DNA of 64,000 nucleotides, taken from IMG/VR virus record IMGVR_UViG_3300042879_004844; one strand, given 5' to 3'. The translations under genes and the position numbers were made by a program. This stretch comes from an uncultured virus (IMG/VR IMGVR_UViG_3300042879_004844). Taxonomy: Duplodnaviria; Heunggongvirae; Uroviricota; Caudoviricetes. The notes below the pieces were generated by a model that worked only from the letters and a program-made list of their open reading frames with translations, was not told the DNA's origin and did no database searches. Below, piece after piece: positions 9,120 to 18,980 of this stretch; position 1 is the first letter of the stretch; the number at the start of each line of letters is the position of its first letter.

Positions 9120-9958
9120 AGAACCTCGTCCAGCGCCGACGTGTGCATGCCATAGACCCCGTGGCCGACATGGAGGGCGTGGAGCATCGTGTCGACGTGC
9201 GGCTGGAATCCGCATTCTTTTGCTCTTGCGCAGAAGGCAATGTCCTCGCCGCGTCCGTCGTTCTCTGGCTGAAAGAAGTTGAAGGGCATCTCGGGATTGG
9301 TCGGATTGAGCTTTGGAAACTTGGTCTGCATCGTCTCAAAGACCCGCCGGTGGATCAGAAGACAGCCAGTCCCGATCCAGTCGCAGGGCATTGTGCCATC
9401 GTGGAACGAGGCCGCCCTCGCCCGGTAGGTCTGATCGAGCGCCAGACTGTTGACGGCGCGTCCCCGGGGATGCCTGGTAAAATAGGTGGCTCCGACAATA
9501 TCCGCACCGTGGCCGATGAGCCGGTGCGCGACGTGCAGCGCCGTGGGAGCCGTGGGATACGAATCTGGCAGTCGGCACATCGCACGAAGGAAATCTGGGC
9601 GTCCGATCGGAGGAATCATGTCATCGTCGAGAAACAGGATCCACTGGGCCTGGGTCGCGAGAAACTTCATGGCGAGCTCGTTGCGGGCGTGGTAGATCAT
9701 CGCGTCGCCGACCTGCATGTCGAACCGGACTTTCTCCTTGCCGAGATCGAGCGCAATCGCGAGAAGACACCAGGCCGTGGCCGGGTTGGTCTGCTTGTAG
9801 CACGGAAAGCCGACAAACAGATCCCTGCCCAGCCACTCGGCCTCCTGCTTCCAGCCCAGCGGAGCCTGGGTCTGGATGACAGTCGTGGGCCCGAGATCGA
9901 GATCGTCGGGGTCGATCCCGTCGATTCGTCCGGCATTGGCCATACCGGTGTGGCTCAT
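9116..9958 (-). CDS. GT2-like glycosyltransferase
   Basis: IYHARNEL, ILFLDDDM, GTGCLLIHRRVFE, GEDIAFC and HVG motifs. Confidence 0.8.
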   Translation of the reverse strand: MSHTGMANAGRIDGIDPDDLDLGPTTVIQTQAPLGWKQEAEWLGRDLFVGFPCYKQTNPATAWCLLAIALDLGKEKVRFDMQVGDAMIYHARNELAMKFLATQAQWILFLDDDMIPPIGRPDFLRAMCRLPDSYPTAPTALHVAHRLIGHGADIVGATYFTRHPRGRAVNSLALDQTYRARAASFHDGTMPCDWIGTGCLLIHRRVFETMQTKFPKLNPTNPEMPFNFFQPENDGRGEDIAFCARAKECGFQPHVDTMLHALHVGHGVYGMHTSALDEVL

Positions 9959-11247
9959 GACATGGCAGACTCGGCGGCCATGAGGCCGACCTCGATGGCA
10001 TCCTCGTCAGAGAGCTTGTTGGGATCGGCTGACTCGGTGGCGGGCTTGCGTCCGCCCTGACGGGCAGATGGCGCCTTGCCAGCCGCTCGGACTGCCTCAA
10101 GAGCCTTTTCTGCCTTCTCGGCGCGCTCGTTGGCGGCCTGAAGACGAGCTCCAAGATCAGTGACTGACTCGGCGAGCTTGACGCTCGCGACGGCGGCGGC
10201 CGCGACCTCTGCCCGCGCCTGCGGGGTCTGCGGATACAGAGCCTCGCGGAAGCGCGTCTCAAGTTCCTCGACAGCCTTGTTGTGCTCGGTGATTCTCTTT
10301 GCCTCGTCTGGCTTGGCCCCAGGAGGAATTTCCTGATACCGCGCCCACGGAACCTTCTCAGTCATCTGGTCGACGTGCGTGAAGATCTGCTGCTCGGCCT
10401 GATACTGCTGCTGTTCCTGCTGGTTCTGCAGATACTGGCCATAGGCCTCGCGGTCTGCCTGAAATTTTTCGATCGTCTTTGAACGATTCTCTGACAGGTC
10501 GGCCCGATCAGCAAGACGCTTGCGGACGCGCTCCTGATCGACAAACGAGAGCTTGTTGAGGACCGAGTCCTCCCACCACTTGGGAGACACCTTGTCGAGG
10601 CCGAGCTGTCTCAGCTGCTTCTCGGTGTCCTCTGGCAGGCCGTTCTTGCGAAGGATCGCCAGGACATCATTGTCGATGTTGCCGATCTGCTCGTCAAACT
10701 GTCTCTTGAACTCGGGGTCGTTCTCGGTGTCCCAGAGTTTTCGCATGAGACGCAGTTCTGTGAGCTCGTTGAGAACTTCTTCAGGAAGCTGCGCCTGGTT
10801 CTTCTGGACCTCGGCGAGCTGCTGCTCCATCTCCGCGGCGCGGGATGCCTGGGCCTTGAAATGACGGGCGACGTCACGCAGTTTGTCAAAGTTGACGAGA
10901 TTGCGGGGACTGATGTCGGCCGGCGGCTGGATCGCATCGAGATCGATCTGCTCGAGTTCTCTGGCGACGTCCTCCGGAGACGGCTCTGGGGCCTTTTCTT
11001 CGGGCGGTTTCTTGCCGTCTGGCTGACTGTCGGGCGGCTGCTCGTCGGCAGGCGGCTGATCTGCCGGTTTCTCATCGGACAGAGGGGCCGCCGAGGTCTC
11101 GGGCATCTCTTCTCCCGGATCAAGAATTCCGGCCGCTCGCATCGCCTCGTCGAGGCTGTTCATGTCGTCCTGTGTGGGTGGTTCGACATGCCCGAGGTCA
11201 AGTTCCTGGGGCACGCCCTCGCTGGTCACTGGTTTTTCTGCTGACAT
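9955..11247 (-). CDS. Capsid scaffolding protein (putative)
   Basis: Acidic Pro-rich N-terminus and long coiled coils; lies between portal and capsid genes. Confidence 0.6.
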   Translation of the reverse strand: MSAEKPVTSEGVPQELDLGHVEPPTQDDMNSLDEAMRAAGILDPGEEMPETSAAPLSDEKPADQPPADEQPPDSQPDGKKPPEEKAPEPSPEDVARELEQIDLDAIQPPADISPRNLVNFDKLRDVARHFKAQASRAAEMEQQLAEVQKNQAQLPEEVLNELTELRLMRKLWDTENDPEFKRQFDEQIGNIDNDVLAILRKNGLPEDTEKQLRQLGLDKVSPKWWEDSVLNKLSFVDQERVRKRLADRADLSENRSKTIEKFQADREAYGQYLQNQQEQQQYQAEQQIFTHVDQMTEKVPWARYQEIPPGAKPDEAKRITEHNKAVEELETRFREALYPQTPQARAEVAAAAVASVKLAESVTDLGARLQAANERAEKAEKALEAVRAAGKAPSARQGGRKPATESADPNKLSDEDAIEVGLMAAESAMS

Positions 11248-11252
11248 AATCT

Positions 11253-11423
11253 TTATTTCTTTTTGGCCGTCCTGGCCGAGTCACGAAAATCCTTGGCAGA
11301 GGGAGCCTTTTTTGATCCCGGCTTTCTCATTTGCTCGCCAGAGCCCGCCTTGATCCGGCGGCGCTTGGCATGAATGTTGGCATAGAGACCCACGGCCTCC
11401 TTGATCTTGTCGGCACCTTTCAT
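11253..11423 (-). CDS. 56-aa basic phage protein (absent from ORF track)
   Basis: Manual translation MKGADKIKEAVGLYANIHAKRRRIKAGSGEQMRKPGSKKAPSAKDFRDSARTAKKK; fills the gap with an ATGA overlap; resembles a GLYANIHAK family I recall from aquatic phages. Confidence 0.75.
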   Translation of the reverse strand: MKGADKIKEAVGLYANIHAKRRRIKAGSGEQMRKPGSKKAPSAKDFRDSARTAKKK

Positions 11424-11686
11424 GTCATGTCTCGGTATTCTGGGTTGACCTGCTCACGGCGCTGGACATCGGCGAGCGCGAAGAAATTTTTCTCGTAGTC
11501 GTCCCAGCCGGCGCGCATCGCGGCCACTCGGGCGACGGCCTCGGCATCGTTCTTGAGAACTGTCTCGGCATCAACGACGGCCGGACACATGTCTCGCATC
11601 ACCTCGGCGATTCGTTCACGCGGGACACGCCGAAAGAACTCACGCAGGGACGTCGAATCCTCTGAAGACCATGGAACAGAGCTCAT
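11420..11686 (-). CDS. Hypothetical protein after portal
   Basis: 88 aa, tightly packed in the head operon. Confidence 0.6.
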   Translation of the reverse strand: MSSVPWSSEDSTSLREFFRRVPRERIAEVMRDMCPAVVDAETVLKNDAEAVARVAAMRAGWDDYEKNFFALADVQRREQVNPEYRDMT

Positions 11687-11691
11687 TCAGT

Positions 11692-13980
11692 TCATCCTCC
11701 TGCGGGCGGGGTGGGACGCGCGGGCGACGCGACAGAAGCGACGGCAGACTGAATTCCTCCGGCCACGCCGGAGGGCGTGGTCTCCGCGGGCGCGGCAGAA
11801 GACGGAGAGACGGAGGTCACCGGGGCCGCACCCGGAGAGGTCGCGGGCGCGACGGCCGTGGCGGCACGTCCCTCGGTCGTGGGACCCTGGATCAGGGCCC
11901 GTGCCTCCTCGAGGATTCCTGTGATCTCCGAGAGCATGGCGGGCTTGATTCCCTTCTGGAGGGCAGACTGGACGTGCTGATCGGCGTGCTGCAGGGCGAC
12001 CTCGAGCATCTGGGCGCTGGAATCGAGCGGCATCTCGGAAGACAGGAGCGGAGCAAGCCTGCTCAGCATCGCGTTGAGATGGACCATGTCGTCGTCGGTG
12101 GTGTCGACTGGCACGGGAGTTCCGTTGAGAAGAGTGGTCAGCTCAATGAGCTGCTGGCGGTGCTGCTTGAGGGCAGAAAGGGGACTGAGATCCACGTTGA
12201 GCAGGCGCTCGGCGGCCGCTCCTCCGAGCTTGGAGGCGATGTCACGCCGCTTGAGCTCGACCGTGTCGATGGTCGGGTCTGCGGAATAGCGGCTCACGAT
12301 CATCTCGAGGACACCGGACTGAGACGCGATGGCATCCTCGACGCTCGCACGGCTCGACGAGTTGGCAAGAATCGCGATCTGCGAGACGGTCATTCCCTTT
12401 TCCAGCATCTCGAGGACTGCCTCGACGGCATCGGTGTCGAGCGACCGTGGAATCTCGACAAAGAAATACATGGCAGACTCTCCGACGGACTCGAGAGACG
12501 TCCAGGTCTCGATGTCAAAGATTGGGGTCAGACCGGTCTGTCTTGACTCGATCATGACCTGGTTTGAAAACTGAAGAATGTCGGCACGGCAGATGCGGCG
12601 CTGCAGCTGGTCGATGAGGGCAAACATCTGGTCAGCAAAGCGAGACAGCATCCCGGCGCGGATCTGCGCGTCGATCGAGGCCGTGTAGTTCACCTCTGAC
12701 GCCGTGCGGCGCTGTCCCTGCTGGTCAAGAATCTGTCCGGGCATGAAGGCGCCGACCGCGATCTCAGCCTGCATCGTCGCGTGGCGGTCAAGCGCAAAGA
12801 ACGCCTCCGAGTTGATCTCAAAGGAAACCTTCTCGAGAACCTCGTAGCCCTCGCCGACGATCGCGAACGGATGGTTGACGGTGAGGCTCGGGGTCTCCAC
12901 AGAACCGGCGCCGGCTCTGCTCGTGCGGCGCAGGACCATCAGACCAGAGAGGTGGAGGGCATCCTGGATGAGGTTGCGCGCCTGCTCGACCGAGACGTGC
13001 GTGTTGTAGAGTGCGCGGCCCGCTCCGCGAGAACCATGGAGCGTGCGGTCACCGACCTCGGCAGAAAAGAGACTCAGACACTGCTCCATCTTGTCGTAGC
13101 GGGCACGGCGGAAGAACAGCGGGACGCCATCCTCGCGGTCAAAGATGTAGTGGTCTATGCCGCCGGCCGGGTTGGTCGCGAAGATGTGGCCGGCCTTGAC
13201 GACGCGGATCGACGAGGTGAAGCTGCTGGCGAGGTTGTTTTCGCGGATCAGGTCCTCGTAGACTCGCTCGTTCTCGGTGTTGGCCCGGTCCTCGAACTGC
13301 TTGGTCGACGTGTTGAGCTTCTTGACAAGATTCTCGACGCGCCAACCGGCAAGAGAGGCGACCTCGGGATCACGGATCGTGTCAACGACGTCGTCGACAA
13401 AGAAATCCTCCTTGAGGCCCCAGATCTTCACTCGATTCGATTCCTGGGGACAGCCGACATAGAACAGGGCCTCGTCAGACCGATACATCTTCGGTTTCCA
13501 GGTGAACTCGTCTTCCCGACCGACTGCGGCATAGCCGTAGGTCAGGTTCTCATCGATGAGCTGAGAGAGGAAATCAGGCCAGCCCGTCCACTTACGAATG
13601 CAGTCCGTGATTGCCGTTCGGAAAGTATCCTCCAAGGCTTCGGTTCCGGAAGCTTCGTTCGGAAAGCGGCTGTAGGTCAAGAGGGGGAGCTGGTCGACCA
13701 CCTGTCGGTATGGAGGAGTCAGGCGCTTGATCAGGGACGACATGAATCCCGTGGGCCGATTGCTCCGCCAGGATTGCCCCGCGCCTCGCAGCTTGCGCGG
13801 ATTCCACGGCTGCTCGCCGTTGATCTTGCGAGCGATCGCCGCGTTCTTGTTGTTGCGCTCCCGGTTGTCCTGCGTGAAGTTTTTGTAGGTCTGATAGGCC
13901 TGATCGAAGGTCAGGACTGCCGGAAGCACGGATCCCGTCTGCGGGTCGACTATATCGGCTGTTGAGGCGTCGTTTGGCAT
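11692..13980 (-). CDS. Portal protein (putative)
   Basis: 762 aa; position after terminase; RRTASEV motif and low-complexity C-terminal tail as in podoviral portals. Confidence 0.7.
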   Translation of the reverse strand: MPNDASTADIVDPQTGSVLPAVLTFDQAYQTYKNFTQDNRERNNKNAAIARKINGEQPWNPRKLRGAGQSWRSNRPTGFMSSLIKRLTPPYRQVVDQLPLLTYSRFPNEASGTEALEDTFRTAITDCIRKWTGWPDFLSQLIDENLTYGYAAVGREDEFTWKPKMYRSDEALFYVGCPQESNRVKIWGLKEDFFVDDVVDTIRDPEVASLAGWRVENLVKKLNTSTKQFEDRANTENERVYEDLIRENNLASSFTSSIRVVKAGHIFATNPAGGIDHYIFDREDGVPLFFRRARYDKMEQCLSLFSAEVGDRTLHGSRGAGRALYNTHVSVEQARNLIQDALHLSGLMVLRRTSRAGAGSVETPSLTVNHPFAIVGEGYEVLEKVSFEINSEAFFALDRHATMQAEIAVGAFMPGQILDQQGQRRTASEVNYTASIDAQIRAGMLSRFADQMFALIDQLQRRICRADILQFSNQVMIESRQTGLTPIFDIETWTSLESVGESAMYFFVEIPRSLDTDAVEAVLEMLEKGMTVSQIAILANSSSRASVEDAIASQSGVLEMIVSRYSADPTIDTVELKRRDIASKLGGAAAERLLNVDLSPLSALKQHRQQLIELTTLLNGTPVPVDTTDDDMVHLNAMLSRLAPLLSSEMPLDSSAQMLEVALQHADQHVQSALQKGIKPAMLSEITGILEEARALIQGPTTEGRAATAVAPATSPGAAPVTSVSPSSAAPAETTPSGVAGGIQSAVASVASPARPTPPAGG

Positions 13981-13983
13981 TGT

Positions 13984-14235
13984 TCACCATTTTCCCTTCG
14001 GGCAGGATTCAGAAGCTAGCATGGTCTTGGCGAGGATAAAACACTCGCAGACCGAGCATTGCATGTCCGATCGATACTCGCACTGATCGCAGACAGACAG
14101 CCTTTTTTTCTTCGTAGAACTATCGACAAGCAGGACCTCCCGACGAGCGGCGCGGGCGGCGGCTCGCCCGACGGCTCCGGCAAAGTTCTTGATTCCCTTG
14201 GTCGTGATCTCCATGCGGCACCTCTTGCAACTCAT
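13984..14235 (-). CDS. Small Cys-rich protein (DUF6171-like)
   Basis: Start MSCKRC at 14235; RLSVCDQC...QCSVCECFILAK...CPKGKW pattern. Confidence 0.65.
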   Translation of the reverse strand: MSCKRCRMEITTKGIKNFAGAVGRAAARAARREVLLVDSSTKKKRLSVCDQCEYRSDMQCSVCECFILAKTMLASESCPKGKW

Positions 14236-14831
14236 CGCCTCGCCCAGCAGTATCCAGGAAGATCTGGACTCGTGCCGATCCTGTCCATGCGCAGCCACAC
14301 GGCAGACCTGTTCTCGTGCTTTAGAATCTGACAGGCGCGAAGTTCTCTTTCGTGGTGGACTGTCTGACCGGCTCGCAGGATCGCCGACATGCGGTTCACG
14401 GCCTCGACGCAGGATCCGCAGTTGCTGTTCCACCTGACGTTGAACCTGCAGCCCGCACAGACATCGGCGCGTCTCTGCGCCTCCTGCTTCAGCTCGAGAT
14501 TCTCGGTCGAGTGATCCTGGATCTGCCTGTCCATCGTCTGGATCATCTCGTCTGTGAGAGTGCGGATCGGCGACACGGAGTGCGCGACCTCGATCCGGGC
14601 CACTCCCTCGAACTGGTGGCACATGCGCGGAAAATTCTTGCAGATGTATTCATCGACCTCAGCCCTGACGTCGCCGATCGGGATGACGTTGTCGGCCCTG
14701 AACTTGATCACGGCATCGATGAGGGCTCGATAGGTCGGGGCACGGATGGGTTCAGGCATGTCGCGGCCGAGACGATCCTTCTCGGGCTTGTGCCATCCTC
14801 CGGGCATCACCATGGATTCGATCACGTTCAT
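14232..14831 (-). CDS. Cys-rich hypothetical protein
   Basis: RADVCAGC, CGSC and terminal CW; coupled between terminase and the next Cys-rich gene. Confidence 0.65.
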   Translation of the reverse strand: MNVIESMVMPGGWHKPEKDRLGRDMPEPIRAPTYRALIDAVIKFRADNVIPIGDVRAEVDEYICKNFPRMCHQFEGVARIEVAHSVSPIRTLTDEMIQTMDRQIQDHSTENLELKQEAQRRADVCAGCRFNVRWNSNCGSCVEAVNRMSAILRAGQTVHHERELRACQILKHENRSAVWLRMDRIGTSPDLPGYCWARR

Positions 14832-14832
14832 G

Positions 14833-16773
14833 CTAGTCGGTCATGTCGATGAAGTCGAGCTGGTCGACGATTCCGTGCTCGACGCGCTCTGGTCTCGGTG
14901 CCGGCACGCGCGCCTCCTCGACCATGCGGCCAGAGATGCCGCCGTTCATGCGGATCGCGTGAATCGCGACGAGCAGGCTGTCGAAGCGATCAGGCGAGAC
15001 GTCGTTGTGGCGCTTCTTGAAGTCCTTCTTGGGCTCGAGTCTGAGAACACCACGGCCGACCTGCATGTAGCGACGAGTGACCGTCTCGCGGCCGAGCTGG
15101 TTCCAGTTGATCCCCGGATTGAGCTTGAGGAGATCAGTCTCGATGAACTTGCGGACACTGAACGCCATCTCGGTCACGACGTCATTGTAGCGCTCGGCGC
15201 AGGTCTCTGAGTCGTCGTCAAGAATGCGAGTGTCTGAGGCAGCCCAGCTGAACATGACCCCGAAGACATCTGGTCCAAACATCGACTTGAGGGCATCGTG
15301 GACTCCGGTGCCGTTGCCGGTTCGATCGACCGCGAGCCACCTGGGCTTCACTCCCATGTCGTTGCTCAGGCGGATGATCGCCCTGGTCTGCTCGATCGTG
15401 TCTCTCTTGTCGAGACTGATCTGCTGCTCGACCTGGATGACACGACGCTCAGACTTGAAGCGCTGGAATGAACCCTGCATGTCTGTCCATCCGATTGCCT
15501 GGCCGAATCGTGCAGCCGTGAAGAATGCCAGGTCATTGCCCTCGAACGCAAGGTCGATTCCGGCTGCCATGACTGTCGGTCCTGAGAAGGTGTAGAGACC
15601 CTTGGCCCTCTCGAACATCGACTCGTTGACGATGACGACCGAGGCAGACGACTCGGGGAACCATCCCCTCGCCATCGTGAAATACTCTGGGTTGTCCGAC
15701 CCGAGTTTGAGAAGTCGCTCGAATCCCTCCCAGGTCTGCAGGCCAGGATAGACGACTTTTTTCTCGGTGACGTTCTCGCACTTGGCCCCGTCGAGTCGGA
15801 TGACGTTGTAGCCCCGGCCAGATTCCCAGGTCTCGTCGACGTCGATGTCGATCGATGCCCATCCTCTCTTGGGCTCTGCCAGAACTCCGAACTTGCTGTT
15901 GCGGTCCTTGGGGTTCGTGGCAGCAAACACCCTGACGTGGCTGTTGTCTGCTTCTTCAGTCAGGAGCACGTTGTTGACATCCTCCCAAACGCCCTCTGGA
16001 ATCTCCTCTGCCTCGTCAAGGATCAGCGCGATGCGGCTGAGCTTGCCAAACCTCGGATGGGGACTGGGACGAGGGACCGGGTGGAAACCTCGCAGGCGTC
16101 CCTTGCCGTCGTCTCCCATCGGGATCGAGGTGAGATGGATTCCCTGCTTGTCGTCGTTGTTGACCCTGACTGACTCGGCCTTGATCGAGAGATTCGGGAC
16201 AGGAACGAGGACGTTGGCGAGCAGGTTCTTGATGTGCGCGAAGACGTTGGTGACCGCGTGCTGCCGGGTGACCGACATGACCTTGATGCAGGTCCACTCG
16301 GGATCGCGAAGAAAATCGAGGCCAAAGAACACGGCACCGGAATACGACTTGGAGAGCGATCCTCCTCCCATGATCAGGTTCTTGGCATGGTCTCTGAGTC
16401 CGTTCCACACCAGCTTCGTGCAGTGCGGCTCTGGCGTGAAGAGCTCTGGCCCCCAGCAGACGATGGCCGCCGCCTGATACTGGTCGAGATCAAGAAGTTT
16501 CTGGATGTATCTCCAGATGAGATACTCGCACTCGTGGCTGGCGAGGCGGATCTGTTCCTTCGGCGGGTTCTTCACGCAGTAGCGAAGCAGATACTCGGTC
16601 GGTCCAAACAGGTCTCCGGTCTTCTGGTGGGCCTCTCTCATCGCATAGGCATGCTCGAGATACTGCCGTCCGTCGAGTGCCTGCTCGATCGATGCCGACT
16701 CCTCTGGCGTCACCTCGGAGCGCTTCTTTTTTCGCACCCCGGTCTTGGCATAGCGGGTGCGGACAACGCTCAT
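14833..16773 (-). CDS. terL: Terminase large subunit
   Basis: Walker A-like MGGGSLSKS, Walker B LILDEAEE, ATNP coupling motif, nuclease motifs GIDLAFEGND, VDRTGNG and SPDRFDS. Confidence 0.85.
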   Translation of the reverse strand: MSVVRTRYAKTGVRKKKRSEVTPEESASIEQALDGRQYLEHAYAMREAHQKTGDLFGPTEYLLRYCVKNPPKEQIRLASHECEYLIWRYIQKLLDLDQYQAAAIVCWGPELFTPEPHCTKLVWNGLRDHAKNLIMGGGSLSKSYSGAVFFGLDFLRDPEWTCIKVMSVTRQHAVTNVFAHIKNLLANVLVPVPNLSIKAESVRVNNDDKQGIHLTSIPMGDDGKGRLRGFHPVPRPSPHPRFGKLSRIALILDEAEEIPEGVWEDVNNVLLTEEADNSHVRVFAATNPKDRNSKFGVLAEPKRGWASIDIDVDETWESGRGYNVIRLDGAKCENVTEKKVVYPGLQTWEGFERLLKLGSDNPEYFTMARGWFPESSASVVIVNESMFERAKGLYTFSGPTVMAAGIDLAFEGNDLAFFTAARFGQAIGWTDMQGSFQRFKSERRVIQVEQQISLDKRDTIEQTRAIIRLSNDMGVKPRWLAVDRTGNGTGVHDALKSMFGPDVFGVMFSWAASDTRILDDDSETCAERYNDVVTEMAFSVRKFIETDLLKLNPGINWNQLGRETVTRRYMQVGRGVLRLEPKKDFKKRHNDVSPDRFDSLLVAIHAIRMNGGISGRMVEEARVPAPRPERVEHGIVDQLDFIDMTD

Positions 16774-17267
16774 GCGAAGCTCTCTGCGAGATTGAGCACC
16801 TTCTCAGACACGTCGAGTCTGACCGAGTCCTTGAATTCTCCCATGATGCGGGCATCGAGCTCGAGCGCCTTGAGCTTGGAGGGAACCTTCACCGACGTCG
16901 TGCCGTCAGTGGAGGTGCGCACCTCCTCGGCGAGCTCAGACTCCTCGTCGATGTCTCCGATCGGAGTTCGAACGAGCCTGGCAAGAAATTCGCGCTTCTC
17001 GTCGAGACTCAGAAAGCGCTTCTGCTGGGCGCGCTCGGCCACGCGGGTCTTGAGTTCCTCGACGTAGGTCTTGGCATGTTCCTTCTGGAGAATGATTCCG
17101 CCGGCCCGACAGGCAGAACCCGCCGTGATCTTCCCGTTGTATTTGGCCGCGATGACGTCATCGAAGGCGAGGAGATAGGCCCGATACATCGGGAGCCCGT
17201 CGAGCACGTGGAGTTCAATGAACTCTCGCTGCTGAGGGGTGAGTCGTCTTGCTGCTCTGCTCGCCAT
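16770..17267 (-). CDS. terS: Terminase small subunit
   Basis: LTPQQREFIE HTH-like start and KVPSKLKALEL motif; immediately upstream of terL. Confidence 0.75.
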   Translation of the reverse strand: MASRAARRLTPQQREFIELHVLDGLPMYRAYLLAFDDVIAAKYNGKITAGSACRAGGIILQKEHAKTYVEELKTRVAERAQQKRFLSLDEKREFLARLVRTPIGDIDEESELAEEVRTSTDGTTSVKVPSKLKALELDARIMGEFKDSVRLDVSEKVLNLAESFA

Positions 17268-17285
17268 GGTCAGAAGATGGCCGTG

Positions 17286-17768
17286 TCACTCCTTCGAAGT
17301 AAACGCATCTCTGCTGAGAAGAATCCCGGCCCTCGCGATGAGCGGGGCGTCGCAGGTCTGCAGGGTCAGTCGGGTCCTGGGCCAGATCTTCTTCGCGGCA
17401 TCCAGAAGTTGCCGCTTCCTCGCAGAACGCTCACGGCTTCTCTGTGACTGCTCGATGGTCAGATTCATCCACTTCAGAAGCGAGAGCTCGACCAGCTCAG
17501 ACCCGCCGTGCATGAGAGCCGCCCCGCACACCAGCTTGTAGTTTCCATAGAGCACTGCCATGAAGGCAGCAGACCGGTTCTCGCCCGCGAACTTCGGGAT
17601 CTGCTCGATGAAGAGATGGGATGCCTTGTTCATTTTTTCTCGAACAAGCTCTACCACCTCCCGGTCTGTCTCGGGCATCTGGTGCAGACTCACGATTGCC
17701 ATCGACTCTGGATCGAGGACTGCGATTGCCCCGTGCCTGCCCGGATCTACCCCGATCACGTGTTTCAT
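17286..17768 (-). CDS. RuvC-like Holliday junction resolvase
   Basis: VIGVDPGRHGAIAVL, FIEQ and DAPLIA RNase H-fold acidic motifs. Confidence 0.8.
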   Translation of the reverse strand: MKHVIGVDPGRHGAIAVLDPESMAIVSLHQMPETDREVVELVREKMNKASHLFIEQIPKFAGENRSAAFMAVLYGNYKLVCGAALMHGGSELVELSLLKWMNLTIEQSQRSRERSARKRQLLDAAKKIWPRTRLTLQTCDAPLIARAGILLSRDAFTSKE

Positions 17769-18162
17769 GGCTCGGATGCTACATCAGAATGCCATCGAGG
17801 CACACCTGGAGTTTCTTTGGAGACAATCTCGGGCATAAGTAGTTCAGAATACAGGACAAGACTAAGTGGAAGATCTAGAATTACTCAAATATCATTAAGT
17901 CACAAAGATAAGTAGTTAATATAGAATATATTAGAAAGAAGTTAATAGGTATTTGAATGCTTTTCTGTTTTTTTAGATTTCAACCACTTTTTTTGCATGC
18001 CTAAAAAATTGCCCCGTTATAGCTTTTCCCATTTTGTTCGATTACCGGATCATTTTGTCATAAGTCATTTGTGGTCAACAACTCTTTTCTGTGCCATGGT
18101 CAGTCGTGTGAAAAAACAGTTCTGGCACCTGCCATTCCGTGCTATGATGCTTCTCTGACACC
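17769..18162. promoter_or_regulatory. AT-rich divergent control region
   Basis: About 390 bp non-coding strand switch; leftward TAGCAT 7 nt before ATG 17768; rightward TGCTATGAT extended -10 at 18140-18148; ATAAGTAGTT repeated at 17835 and 17908. Confidence 0.65.
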
Positions 18163-18930
18163 ATGAAGACTCCATCTGACCACATCACCGTCCACTTCCC
18201 TATGACCGGCCGCACTCTCCGCAACTCCAGCCACGTCTGGCGACGAGCCCGTCCCTCACGCGCCATGGCCTACATGGTCCTCCTTTTCTTCACCAGCACT
18301 CCCGATTCGCTCGTCCACGACACGGCCCGTCGCTGGCTTCGACAGTTCTGGTCGTCTGCCCGGCTCAACTGGCAGGCCACCATGGCCGCCATGTTCGGAG
18401 TCTCCTGGATCAGACAGCAGGACGAGCGAGTCCTGGCTCTCCGCGCCGCCTCCGAACGCGACTGCCCGGCGATAGAGGATTCGCACGACCGATTCATCGT
18501 TCCGTTCATCCTCGCGATGATCGGACAGGTCCCGCTTCGAGGACTTCTTGAGCTCATCAGGGAGAACCGGGGACAGTGGGATTCTGACCGCTCCGACATC
18601 CTTCGGCTTCCCGGCGCCGTCGACTTCTGCCGCGACATCGACTGCATTCTCGAGGGCCGGTCTGATGACGTCAGTTGGGCCAGATCTTCTGAGAACCTGC
18701 ACGACCGATCCCATGTCTCTGGAATCAATCACCGACAGATGCGCTCTCTTCGCGCCGGCGACTCGGTGCTTCTTGACCCGCTCTCGCGCGGCCTTTCACT
18801 CAAGGAGCTTGAGCGACGCTGCCAGGCCATCGCGCTGCGCGAGTCTGACGACCGCCATCTCTACTCGGTCTCGACAGTCGAGATGCCCGAGACTGGAAAA
18901 CTCTGCGTGGCAATTCATCGCAGAAGTTAG
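18163..18930 (+). CDS. Hypothetical protein
   Basis: First ORF of the plus-strand arm, 255 aa; no motif recognised. Confidence 0.6.
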   Translation: MKTPSDHITVHFPMTGRTLRNSSHVWRRARPSRAMAYMVLLFFTSTPDSLVHDTARRWLRQFWSSARLNWQATMAAMFGVSWIRQQDERVLALRAASERDCPAIEDSHDRFIVPFILAMIGQVPLRGLLELIRENRGQWDSDRSDILRLPGAVDFCRDIDCILEGRSDDVSWARSSENLHDRSHVSGINHRQMRSLRAGDSVLLDPLSRGLSLKELERRCQAIALRESDDRHLYSVSTVEMPETGKLCVAIHRRS

Positions 18931-18980
18931 TCACGTTCCTGTTTACATCGCAGAAGTTGCGGATTAAATGGCAGCCTGTC

